Origin: Yuukianura sp. NJ FZ-2021
Lineage: Eukaryota
Reading direction: 5' to 3'
DNA: 64,000 nt
Assembly: GCA_046563655.1 (NCBI GenBank)
Contig: CM102286.1
Coordinates: 1,550,001-1,614,000, forward strand
Shown here: one piece after another, positions 35,454 through 47,549 of the stretch
Layout of the letters: each line of letters opens with the position of its first letter
How positions within the stretch are numbered: the stretch's first letter is position 1
Position numbers and translations under genes: made by a program
Notes under the pieces: model-generated
What the model was told of the DNA's origin: nothing
The model's database searches: none
What the model saw: the letters and a program-made list of their open reading frames with translations, nothing else

Positions 35454-38400
35454 ATGACGCCAAAGTCTATGGGGGGAACACCGTGGTCAAAAGTGTTTTG
35501 GATTTCGGTGACCTTAGGATGGATTCCATTTGTGAATGGAAATCGACCACCGCAGTTTGTGTTAAGTCCAGGTCAAAGTGAGATTGTTTTGCGGTTGAAA
35601 GAAGGCAAAGAGACACCTCCTGGAACATTAGTTCATCGTCTCAAAGGTCATGACCTTGACAAAGACCCACTTACGTTTGGGGTCATGGGTCAAACGGGCA
35701 ATGACCTCCTCAGAATAGAAAATTTAGGAACAAACGAAGCCAACGTCTACCTCAAAAAAGAACTAGACAGAGAGGTAAAAATGAATTTAAATGAATGTTA
35801 GAACATAAAAAGTGAGTTTTTGACACAAAAATGGCAATTTTATGTTGAAAAAACAAAGTTTGTAACAAAAAAAGTAAACTCAGTCAGTGTATTGTGCTTT
35901 TAATGTAAAAAGTCTTTATATAAAAAGCACGAATTTTGAATTTTTGTGACAAAAGTCTACAATAATCTTGTCAAAATTTTCACTTTTACTAAATATATGC
36001 ATGTTTATGTCAGTAGCAACAAATTTTGATTCTGATTTTGAAAAATTGAATTTCATAATGCATGTACTTTTTTTGACAGATGCAAGACTCATACACATTG
36101 ATTCTTACGTTGACTGATGGCCATTTGACTGGCGGAAGTTTTGTGACGCAAAGCCTTTTAATTTTAGGTAAAATAAATAAACATACTTAGCATTGTTAAG
36201 TTAAACCTCTTTTCATTTTTTAAAACACAATCACGTTTTTGTGCCAAATCATCCCGGATTTCATAATTTTTTGAAAAGACCTCTCTAATCATGGTGATGC
36301 TGCGTCATGTGTCTAAATCCAATTTCTATTTTATTTGAAATTGAAATCTTAATTGTTCCAAAATTAATCCAATTGAAGCACACGCCACGCTTGCCCAACT
36401 TTCATTCCAAATTGGCCTAACTGCTTTCAACTTTAGTTTTATTCTTCACCAAATCTATTCAAAAAGTTGAACAATGAAGTATTTACTGTCACTTTTTTCT
36501 ACTTTTCCAAATTGTTTGCAGTTGAAGATCAAAATGACAATGGACCAATCTGTCGAACAGACAATTCCTCAGTGAAAGTAGAAGAGAATGGAGATGTTCC
36601 TTTGATTCTAACTACAGTTGAGTGCAGTGACCTTGACGAAGGGCCTTACGGTCAAGTCATCTATAAACTAGAAACTGAAGCAGGAGACGAAGATCTCTTT
36701 AGTCTGCAGCAAACGAAAGAGGGAACAGGAATTTTAAAATTGCTCAAACCACTTGACTATGACCGAAAATCTTTGTATCAACTGAAAGTGATTGCAATGG
36801 ATAGAGCCAATACTGGCCCAATTCATACTGCAACTAACCCGGTTCTAGTAGAGGTCATTGACCGGGAAGATCGACCGCCTGAGTGGCTCATCGTACCATC
36901 AGTTACCCGCATTCCGGAAGATGTCCCGAAGGGGTCACAGGTTCTGCAAGGTAGGCCATTTTACGTAACAGGTCATAATAGCCAAATCAAAAAAAGCCAA
37001 TTTCATAAAGGGCCAATGCCATAAGAGCCAATTCCAAAAGCGCCGATGCCCATTCGAAGAACATCGGAAAGCATGATTTTGATACTTCAAGGTGAATACA
37101 ATCGGCATTTTTGAATTTGGCTCTTATGGCATCCGCTCTTTTGGAAATTAGCTCCTTTTGATTGGCTATTCTGGCAAAGGCTTTTTTTTTTGGTTTGGCT
37201 GTTTTGACATGTAATCGTCCTTTTATGACTAATTTCCGCCACACATTTAACACGTTTTGAAAGTTCGGCGGCTTTTGCAATATGGTTTAATGTTTTGGCT
37301 ATTTTGAAATTTAAATTTTGTAACGGCGCGGTTTTTTGTAGTTCGCGCCATTGACGGAGATCGTGGAGTGAACAATCCTATAGCTTATTCACTTTTGAAT
37401 GAAAACGAACTTTTTGGAATCGATCGTGAGTCTGGGATTGTTTTTACAAAGGGAAAGTTGGACAGAGAAAACGACCGTAATGGTGGATCATACATTCTGC
37501 AATTACTGGTAAAAATATTGTTTTTGTTTCTTTAAATTTCGAAATTATTGTTTTGAATTTCCCTGAATTTTTGAAAAAGGCGACAGAAAAAAGTAGGGGT
37601 TCCGGCAAAAGTCTTTCAGTGGGAACAGAAGTCACAATTTTGCTCCTGGATGTCAACGATGAGGTAAAATATTTTCAGAATTTGCAGTTTTTCAAAAATG
37701 TAACTTTTCAAAAAAAAAAAATTTTTTTTTAATCAAAAATTTTAGACTCCGACGTTTTCCTCAAAAAGTTACACAGCAGAAGTAGTCGAAAACCAGCCAG
37801 TGGACGTTCCGTTGACATTTCTCGGTGATTCTGTTCCAGAATGCTACGATCATGATTTGGTATTAAACGTTTGACATTTTTTGTTCAAAATTTTGAAAAT
37901 TTATTTTTGAAAACTGAAATTTTAAGGGAGTTAACGGAACTTTTCGGTTGTACACGGAAGGAGATGGCGGTGTTTTTGAAATCACGCCATCTCAGGGGAT
38001 CAATCAAGTTTCTTTCTTGGTTCGGGTCAAGAACCCTGCAAGATTAGACTACGAGAGACTCAAAAGTAAGGTTTTGATTACAAATTTTCAAATTTCCCGC
38101 CTTATTTTTCCACTCATCTCATCACGATTTGGTCATTTTGAAAACTGTGTAGTAATGATTTGTTTGATTTCTAGTAATTAACTTTACGATGGTAGCAGAA
38201 GAAATTGGAGATGAAAAGAAAAAGTCGAAGGTCGGCATGACTGTTTTCCTAAGAGACGGTAAGACAAGATTCTGCACACGAAAATATTTTAACTGCTCCT
38301 GCGTGACCAATCAAAACTTTCAAATTTTCACACTTCCCGTTTTTTCTAAACTTTTGATTTCAGCCAATGACAACTCACCAAAATTCGAACGGGAGGTATA

Positions 38401-41400
38401 CAAAGTCGGAGTAAACGAAAATTCCCCGGCGGGAACAGCCATAGTTCAAATTCGGGCAACCGATGATGATTCGGGATTACTCGGAACTGATGGAATTAGA
38501 TACACTTCTCTCACGGGATCAATTGCTGATGAATTAGTTTTGAATCCAATTACTGGTGTTTTAAGTGTTGGATCCAATGCAAAAACTTCATTAGACAGAG
38601 AGTTGAGTTCAACTTATTTTTTGACTGTGGAGGCACGTGACAGTGGTGGCCGCGGGAATCGAAACACCGTCCAAGTTCAACTCGTAATTCACGACATGAA
38701 TGACGAAACGCCAACTTTTTTGCTCTCGCGCTACGAGGCACGAATTTTCGAAAATGAACTGCAGTTCATTTCTCCATTGATTCTGGAAGCCAAGGACAAA
38801 GATCTCCCAAGTAAGTTACGTCCAAGGTCTGTTCACTTTGATTTTCTTTAACAGGTTGGGTAATACCTCATTTTTTTTGCAACAAAAAAATGCGACTTTT
38901 TTGATTTCAGGGCATCGTAGTCATAATCATACAGCAAAGTTTTTAAAATTTTGCATCCGAATTGGTACACAAATTTTGGATTGGTACTAAATTCCAAATT
39001 TTTTTTTTTTTTTTTGGTTCTTTGTCAACAAGCGAGTTAGTACCCAACCTATTGAAAAAATTTATTTTTTGTCAATGAACCTTGGTTATTCCAATGGCGT
39101 GAATTTCAACATATCATTTTTTAAATCGTTTTTGAATACATAGATACAAAAAACAGTGAAATCCGGTATTCAATCATTAGCGGGAACTACGATGAGCATT
39201 TCACAATCAACGCATCGACTGGTGAAGTACGGCTGCGCAAACCTCTAGATTTTGAATCTCTTCCGATCATCCCTGGACATCCAGAAAGTAACGTCAAAAA
39301 AGTCAATTTGACAGTTCGCGCCAGTGATCTTGGAGCCCCGCCTCTTTTTTCAACTGTGCCCGTCACAATATGGGTTCTGGATAAAAACGACTTCACTCCA
39401 GAATTCAAGCTCAAAAATATTCAAAAAACGATTCGGGAAGATCTACCAGGTGGAGCCGAAATTTTGAGAGTCGAAGCTCTAGATGGCGATGCTTCACATC
39501 CTTTCAATAGAATTTTTTACCGAATGGAAACCGGTGCCGGAGATAAGTTCAGTGTCGATTCGGATACCGGAATTGTCAGTCTCAGTACCGGAACCACCCT
39601 GGATTTCAACACTAACTCTGCATTTTTATTGCAAATTTATGCAGTAGATGGCGGTGGACTCAAAAGTTCATCTCCAGTGATGCTCAACATAACTATTCAA
39701 GATACAAATAATAAACCGCCAAAGTTTGTCATCAACTCACACGATGGAGTGTATCATGCCAAGGTCACAGAAAATGCCCCCAGGGGGACATTTATTGCCC
39801 AAGTTCAAGCGATTGACCAAGATCAAAAGGCACTTCTGCGCTATCGAATCGATTTCAACAAATCAGAAGCCAGGAGTGAAGATGGACGAATAGTCAAAGG
39901 AATTCCATTAAATTTTCTCGTGACCCTTGACCCCGTTGATGGAATCCTAAGAGTCGGCACTGGAAATTTAGATCGTGAAATTATTGAACTCATTCGACTT
40001 ACAATTGAAGTGGAGGATAAAGGCAGTGAAAATGGAAAGCAGGTCGATACGGCCCTGATTTTAATTCAGGTTCAAGACGAACCGGACAACGAACCGGTAT
40101 TTCGAAACGCAGTTTATTCTACGACACTTCTGGAAAATTCCAAGGCGGGAACTATAGTTTTAGCAGTGGCGGCAGATGACGCTGATCTGGACACAGACTT
40201 GCGGTATTCGCTGGTTCCCGATCCGGGCGATCCGGATCGGCAGGATTTCCCACTCAAAATCGATCCGGAATCGGGAGCAATTACCGTAAACGTTCCAAAG
40301 AAGATTGACAGAGAAACACGGCCTTGGCTGAACTTTACGGTAATAACCAGGGTTGTCAAAAATATGTATTAAAAAAAATTTTTTTAAATATAATTTGGAA
40401 TTTTTGAAGGTGCTTGCGGAGGATGCTGCAAGAGACGGAAGAGGATCGAAAGGAAAAAATGCAGGAAGAGCACAAGTTTTTGTTCGAATTTTGGATCAGA
40501 ACGACAATTCTCCCGTGTTTTTAGCCGGTGATGACCAGTTTGAAGTCCGGGAAGATTCAAAAGTTGGCACAATCATTGGAAAAGTACTTGCAACTGATAA
40601 GGACGAAGGAGCCAATGGACGAGTCAGCTACGTCCTGGACAGAACTTCGTCCATGGGGAAGTTTTCAATTGACCCAGAAACTGGGCAGATCCGGATTGCA
40701 TCGGGGCTGGATCGGGAAGAATCGGCGTCTTACCTGCTGGTTGTCCAAGCTTATGACAACTGGTATGGACATCCGTCACCCGATTCACGCAGTAGTTTCA
40801 AAAATGTTGCCATAAGTGTTCTGGATGTGAATGACTGTCCGCCAGTATTCAGTGGAACTGAGGACCAATTTGAAGTGACCGAATTCAACGAAGGGGTAAT
40901 CGGAACTATTCGAGCGACGGATAACGACGCATCGGATTCTGTCAATTCCGTCGTTAATTTCAAAATTAGAGCGGGAAATGATCTCGGATTGTTCAAATTA
41001 GAACAAGGAAGAAATCAAGCCAAATTGCTTCCCGCTAGATCTTTAAAAGGGTTTTATGGCAATTATACTTTGGAGATTTTGGCACAAGATGGCGGTAATC
41101 CTTCAAATTCAATTTCGAAAGATTTTCACATTCAAATCACAGATTTCAACGACAACGCTCCACGGTTCATCACTCTACAAAATTTGACCGTCACAGTGCC
41201 CGAGGTAAGGAATGTTTATGCGCACAACTCTAAAAAAAATTATTTAAAAAAAATTTTGAAAATAATTTTTCTCTTTGTTTTTACCGTTTCAGAACGCTAC
41301 GATCGGAACAACCATAACTCAAATCAGAGCTATTGACTCCGATACCGGTTTGAACGGCATTGTTCGATACCGTTTCAAATCTAGCGCCATTTCACATTCC

Positions 41401-44032
41401 GATTCGTTCAAAATCAACTCCACTACTGGGTTAATCACACTTGCAAAGACACTTGACCGCCGAAAATTCAAATTTTACCACCTCAGAATCGAAGCATTCG
41501 ATCTTGGTCAAATTCCATTGGCTTCAGAACTTGACCTGCGTGTTAAAGTTGACAAAATGAGTGAATTCCTACCAACTTTTGTTGTTCCTGCTCTTACAAT
41601 TAGTTTTAATGAAAACGAAGAAAGTGATGACTTGCGTGTAGATTTACCAGAAACGGCTGGAAGTGACGACGAAGAAGAAGAGATTCCGGCGATTTGTTAT
41701 TTTATTCTTCCAGACCAAGAGAATTTGGACACATTTTATGTAGAACCATTTGAACATTGGATTAAACCTAAAGTTGTTCTGGACAGAGAGACAAAAGGAA
41801 ATTATACAGTGCATGTTGGAGCAACTACGGACTGTAGTGGGAAAAGATTGCCGTCAAAAAATAGTCCAGCGACGCTCAACCTCACTGTTGTCGTCAACGA
41901 CGTCAATGACAACAAGTAAAACTTTTTACAACTTTCAGAATTTTTTTGTAAAATTTGTCGATTTCGGTCAATTTTTGAAATTTCAGGCCAAAATTTGACC
42001 GTCGTGTGTTTTCTGGAGGAGTGTCGACAAATAGTCCATTCGGAAGTGTAATTCTCGACTTCTCTGCAAGTGACCTTGACGCCCCGAATTCCCCGAATTC
42101 GGATTTAACTTTTTACATTGTGCCTCCAGTGCGCATGAGTCTAACAGAAGGATTGAACCACCTCTTAGCTAATAAGAGCGCCCAACTTTTTCAAATTGAC
42201 GGAAAAAGTTTACTGTTAAATTTTGATCCTCAACCGGAAATGAAAGGATTTTTCAGTTTAGAAATTGGAGTCAAAGATGGACTTGGACTGACAGACAAAG
42301 CCGTTGCACTTGTTTACTTACTAAGGTCAGTTGACCTCAACAGGTCAAAGGTCAAAAACTCAAAATTTCAAAAAACTCTAAAAAGCAAAGTTTACTTTTT
42401 TTCTTCTTAGGGAAGACCAAAAAGTTAGAGTCGTCGTGAGACGAAATCCGGCCGAAGTGAGAGCTCACTTGGACAAATTTTTGCGTCGCCTAGGAAATGT
42501 GACCGGAGTTCGCGTAAATGCTGACATGAGTAGCTTTAAATTTCATGAAAATGCGGACGGATCGGTGGATCGAACCAAAACGGACTTTTACATCCACTTT
42601 GTCCATCCAGAGAAAAATGTTGTTCTGGAAGTGGCAGAAGTACTCAAACTGATTGATTTGAAGATAGAAGAACTAGATGATCTGTTCAAGGAGTTCCATG
42701 TAATAGACACTCAGGGCTCAACTTTGACCCCCAGACTGAGCAAAGGACTGAGTCGTGAAGGGCGGAGTCTGTTTCTGGTCTACGCAGGCGGAAGTGCTGC
42801 CTTCCTGCTCCTACTGCTCATTGTAGTCATTTCAATTGCGTGTGCTCAAAGGTCAAAGTACCAACGAAGGCTCAAAGCAGCAACGGCTGCGGCATATGGT
42901 ACATACCGTACATTTCCTGAACTTATTTCAGCCTCTTCTAACCCCCTTGACCCCCGTGCACTCTACTACTAAACTGCACTTTAACTTTAGTTTTAATTAA
43001 TTTAGTTATTTAAATAAATGCACTTTCGCTTTTGTCTTTTTCCCACTTCTTACAATCTTTCCACAAACTCTTGGATTTTCAACTTTTCTCAAAATTCTTG
43101 GATTTTTAACTTTTCACAAATTCTATGATTTTCAACTCTTCGCCTGCTTTGCTGCCGCGCTAATGTACCACTTTCAACTCTGGATTTTTCCCAATCTCAT
43201 CAATTTCACTGTTTTCACAGTTCGAAATCTCTCACAGAGCTTTATCTTTTCATTTTCTACCATCTCAAAACTGCACTTTTTCAACAAAAAAAAATATTCA
43301 TTTTTATATTCTGTATTTGAAATGGAAATTTCATAAGGTGGCGGTCTTTGTGTATTTTCATTATTTTTTTAAACTGTTTTCATATGCCTTTTTTCTTTTT
43401 TTTTTTCCTTTTTTGCCTAAATTTTGAACTGTTAATGCTGAACGTGTTTTGTTATTGAAGTTTTTAATTGTGCGACGTTTTTTAGGTACGAGTTCATCAT
43501 TTCTTCCGCGGAATGGAAACGTTCCGAACACTAATGTTCACAGTAGTGAAGGTTCCAATCCAATATGGATGCAAGCATATCACAACAACTGGTACAAAGA
43601 AGATACACATTCACTTAGGTATCCTCACTCTCGTCTATGCTATAGCTTAAATGGCCGCCATATTGTTTTCAATGAATTCAATGTACAAGGGCTTCCATTT
43701 TTCGAAGCTTGCCTTCTCTTTCACTTTCCCGCCTATTTTTCAAAAACAGAATTTTGAAATGTGCTTGGATTTATTTTTTTAGTGGAAACTCTGACAGTAG
43801 AGGGGATTCTTTAGAAGACAATGACATGCGCTCTTCTCCGCCTTCTTCGCACATGCGTAGTTTCCTTGGTGGCTCAGACGAAGGAAGCAGTGGAGACAAA
43901 CGAGGTCAACACAAAGGTCATCACCATACAGTACACCGTACTTACCACAAAAACCTACTTTATGGCCACCCTATTGACACCAATTCAACCTGCCTCATAC
44001 TCAAAAAGCACTTGGAAACGACCGAGCTCTAA
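35454..44032 (+). CDS. Large non-classical cadherin, cadherin-23-like (Drosophila Cad88C/Cad74A group), multi-exon
   Basis: Signal peptide then NRPPQF..EIVLRLKEG. About a dozen or more EC repeats (DxNDNxP, LDRE, DxD motifs), TM AAFLLLLLIVVISIACA, cytoplasmic RRLKAATAAAYG and PNTNVHSSEGSNPIW, and a C-terminal PDZ-binding ETTEL. Subfamily assignment is from recalled motifs. Confidence 0.9.
36964..37217. mobile_element. Foldback/MULE-like MITE with ~15-bp sub-repeats, family C (in cadherin intron)
   Basis: Long imperfect inverted arms: GCCATAAGAGCCAATTCCAAAAGCGCCGAT pairs with ATCGGCATTTTTGAATTTGGCTCTTATGGC, and the termini CGTAACAGGTCATAATAGCCAAA and TTTGGCTGTTTTGACATGTAATCG pair. Confidence 0.7.
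38822..39085 (+). mobile_element. MITE-like element, family A, copy 3 (in cadherin intron)
   Basis: Termini CCAAGG...CCTTGG. Inner TTTAACAGGTTGGGTAATACCTCA / TAGTACCCAACCTATTGAAA. The interior is similar to the other two copies. Confidence 0.75.
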
Positions 44033-44925
44033 TGCAGGAAATTTCCAAGAATTTCCAGGGAAAGCGGGAAATTTCAAATACATGACATTATGTTCAATGG
44101 AATACAAAAGTTAGTTCAATATTATTACTAAAAAGCTTGGAACGATTTTTCTAGAGGCAAATTCAAATTTTCCCGGGAAAAATAATTGGGAATGTACTGT
44201 ACATTCCCCTGATCGAATTTTTGCTTCCCGCCAACCGAAATTTGAAAATGTTCAATACCACGTTTTTTGTAAACTGATTTTGTATTTTACTTCTTTTGCT
44301 ACAATTTTGTACTTTTCTAAAGTTAATTTATTCTTTTACTTTATAACTAACTAATTTTGAAATAATTGTTGTAACAATTAATAACACAGCATATAACTAA
44401 TTACTAATTATAATTTCTAAGATGCATTAAATAATTAATACCGTTTTTTACAAACGTAGTCCACATATGCGGATTGTGGTGGTAGTGTGCTGTGGGGTGT
44501 GCGACGCGGGAACTTGAAATTTGAATTTATTGTGCATAGTGTTTCCATTTTTTACTATAAAAAAATGGAATGACTGACGAATGATCACGAGTGTAACTTT
44601 TAGCTTTAGTAGAAAAATCTGCAAGTTGGAACAAATAACAAATATAAAAGCTTGTTAGGTTAGTTTTTTTAAAGTTAACTTTGTAAAGTCAATAGGTAGT
44701 TGTGTTTGTGATACCATTCTTGTACCGCGGAAGAGGTAAGTAAAAGTGGTCCATATGAAACTGAATCATCTGTTTGGTTTCGTAATTAAGTTGACTTTCA
44801 TATCATATCAGTTCAGTGTTGTTTGTTGTGGTGAAGTTAATTTGAAACTTTTTGGTAACTGTTTAGGTAAAACTTTAGGCTCCTTGATCTTATTGATTTT
44901 GTCCCGGTCTCGCTTTCAGTAAAAT

Positions 44926-45506
44926 ATGGACAGTCAGGGTTCAAATGCCCCAGCAGCCCCGGCTGCACCACCGTATGAGCCACCGCCATATTCAGAACTG
45001 CCTTTGACTGCTTCAGGTAATACTCATCAACAAATCAACAATTTATACTGCAGTTTGTGTAATGTAAATAGATATTTGATTTTTGGCTTTCAGGAAATCA
45101 ATCTCCTAAACCAGCACAACCAGCCCCACCACCGTGGAATTACTATCCTCCTCCTCCAGCATGGGGTCCAAATCCACCACCGCCACCAAATTGGACACCT
45201 TATCCACCTTCGTATGGTGCTATTAGTGTACAACCTGCTCGAACTACTACTGTAACGGAAGTAATTCTAGTCGGAGGTTGTCCCAATTGTAGAGTAAGAC
45301 CAGACTATAACTTGAAAATATGTATTCACATATACAATTTTACAATTTTGTCTAACTTTCCTCTCGTTTGAATTTAGGTCGGTGTTCTGGAAGAAGAATT
45401 TAGTTGCCTGGGACTTCTCTGTGCAATTTTGTTTTTCCCTATCGGAATTCTGTGCTGCCTTGCTATGCGAGATAAACGATGCAGTAACTGTGGAGTTCGG
45501 TATTAA
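44926..45506 (+). CDS. BRI3: Brain protein I3 (BRI3)-family membrane protein (exons 44926-45016, 45095-45293, 45378-45506)
   Basis: Pro/Tyr-rich N-terminus with PPxY motifs, then [50 protein letters not shown], the CxxC-hydrophobic-CxxC signature. Confidence 0.88.
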
Positions 45507-45823
45507 CTGCATCCTTTGTTTCAGTAGCTGGTCGTTTCTGGAACTTTCAAAATCTTCAGCATTCTGTTTCAACATTTTAATGCAATTTGTTCTTTATATC
45601 TTAACTTTCATCTTAAGTTTAACCTTGTTTTATTCAGTTTAATTTAGGTCTTAATCTTTCCAAAAGAGCTTGTCCAGCCCTTTAGCAGTTACCAGTGTAA
45701 ATGTTGACGAGATTTTACAAAAGATGATAATGTTAGGCTCTAACAGTTAGAGTAAGTTATATCCGGACCAAAGATTATCATATCAGAAATTAAACACGTT
45801 GCGGAGTCCATGACAATTCAAAT

Positions 45824-46859
45824 CTAGCGTCTCTGTGCCGCTGCTGCCTCCCTCTGTTCCTTAGCAATTCTAATTTCTTCCAAGAACTTGGCAATGCGTG
45901 GACTCGGGACGAATCCCAAATCGGAGTGACTTCTGGTACTTCCAGCGACTCGTGGACTCCGAGGATCTGCAACTACAAACATCCGTAAGTCAACACTTAA
46001 TAAGTCTTTGTAATTAATTAACAACCGGATGAATCTGTATCTTACATGAACGTTGTCCAAATTCATCTCGGCTCACTGATTTCCGAGTCACACGATTTCC
46101 GTATCTTATTTCAGGAACTCTTCTGGGGGAGTGTTGAAAACATTCGTCAAACTTGATAGCTGAATTGGATACTTGATTTCTGATTCCTCGGTCTTTGGAG
46201 TTCCTTCTGCTGTCGTTCGAGTGACGTTGCATTCCCGGTGGCAAAGGTGGAAGAGCTGATGCGAATTGTCTCCACAGCTTACCATCAAGTACAACTTGAG
46301 GCTCCGATGGGACATCGTCACGACATTGCTTTGGTTCTATGAACAGTTCTCTGACGAAACTGTCGTCTCCAGGAATGTGATAAGTGAAGTCTCCGCATCT
46401 GTACTGAATAGTTCTACGGGATGTTGGAGGTGGAGTATTCGGCGGTGGACTGGGACACACTGCGTCTGCTCTCCAGTTAATCTGAAACCGAATGTCTTTG
46501 GCTGGAATGTCTTTGGTAGGAATGTTTTTGGCTGGAATGTCTTTGCTCGGAATGTCTTTGGCTGGAATGTCCTTGTTGCCTGGAGGATCTGGATCCTTCT
46601 GGGGTAACATGAAACTGGGCTCACCTACGAGATATTCCAGTGGCTCAATGGTAGGGTCACTTCTTTTTTGCTCTTCCCGGGCATGTCTAGTGCGTCGGTA
46701 ATTGGTTGAAGGCTGGACTTTTACTTTGTTAACTTGAATACTTGCGGTGATTTTGCCTCCGACGGGGTCGGACAACAGTCGCTCTGACACCATTTTGTTC
46801 TGTCTTTGTATAAATGCTTGATTCTTTTTCCAATCCGGTTTAATTTTCTTTGAATTCAT
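45824..46859 (-). CDS. Uncharacterised basic, Pro-rich protein (exons 46859-46046, 45972-45824; about 320 aa)
   Basis: An 814-nt ORF with coding-like GC content. A GTAAG..TTTGTAG intron joins it in frame to the downstream ORF ending EAAAAQRR*. No recognised domain. Confidence 0.65.
46488..46578 (-). repeat. 15-bp coding tandem repeat (AAAGACATTCCAGCC-like, about 6 units; KDIPA)
   Basis: GGAATGTCTTTGGCT-type units on the + strand translate on the - strand as KDIPAKDIPSKDIPAKNIPTKDIPAKDI. Confidence 0.9.
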
Positions 46860-47549
46860 GCTTCCAAGATTTCTTTTTATGCAAAGGTCTAATAAAATTA
46901 CTAAGTTTTCAAAGTAAACCTACCTAAAAATTTTGAAAATTTTCAAAAATCCATCACTTTTTTTTTAAACTTATCGTTTATGCTACGCTTTAGCTTTCCT
47001 GAGCGTTAGTTGCTATGTCGACTTACCATTTTAAAGATTATCTCTACACGATTTTCAAATTGCCTAAACTTTTACTGTAATTTTTCAATATACCGGCTTT
47101 TTAGTTATATTTTTTTCTCTTTTTGTGTAGTACCTAGCTGGATGAAAGGTCAATGACCTCACATACCAAATGCAGTAAAGTGTTTGCTCACTTATTTATG
47201 CAAACACTATTTCATTTTTAATGCCGACATTACACAATCACGCACAATGTCAAAAGAATTTTGTAACCACTGGCAGGAAATGTTGTGTCTATAAAATTTT
47301 ATTTTAGTGTTCAACTTCCATAAACGAAAAAGGTTAACAACTGAAACTGACAGAGCTCGGGGTGTAAAGTTGATTTAGGATTTGAATAAGGCGTTTTAGC
47401 GGGAAATATTCGAGTATAAGCCATTTTGGCGGGAAATACTCAGGGGGGATACTCATTTAAGTCCTAAGAATAAGATTTAAACTAATTAAAGATTTCAGTT
47501 AATTATAGATTTAAATTAATTATAGGATTTATATTCATGTGCTCTTTGA

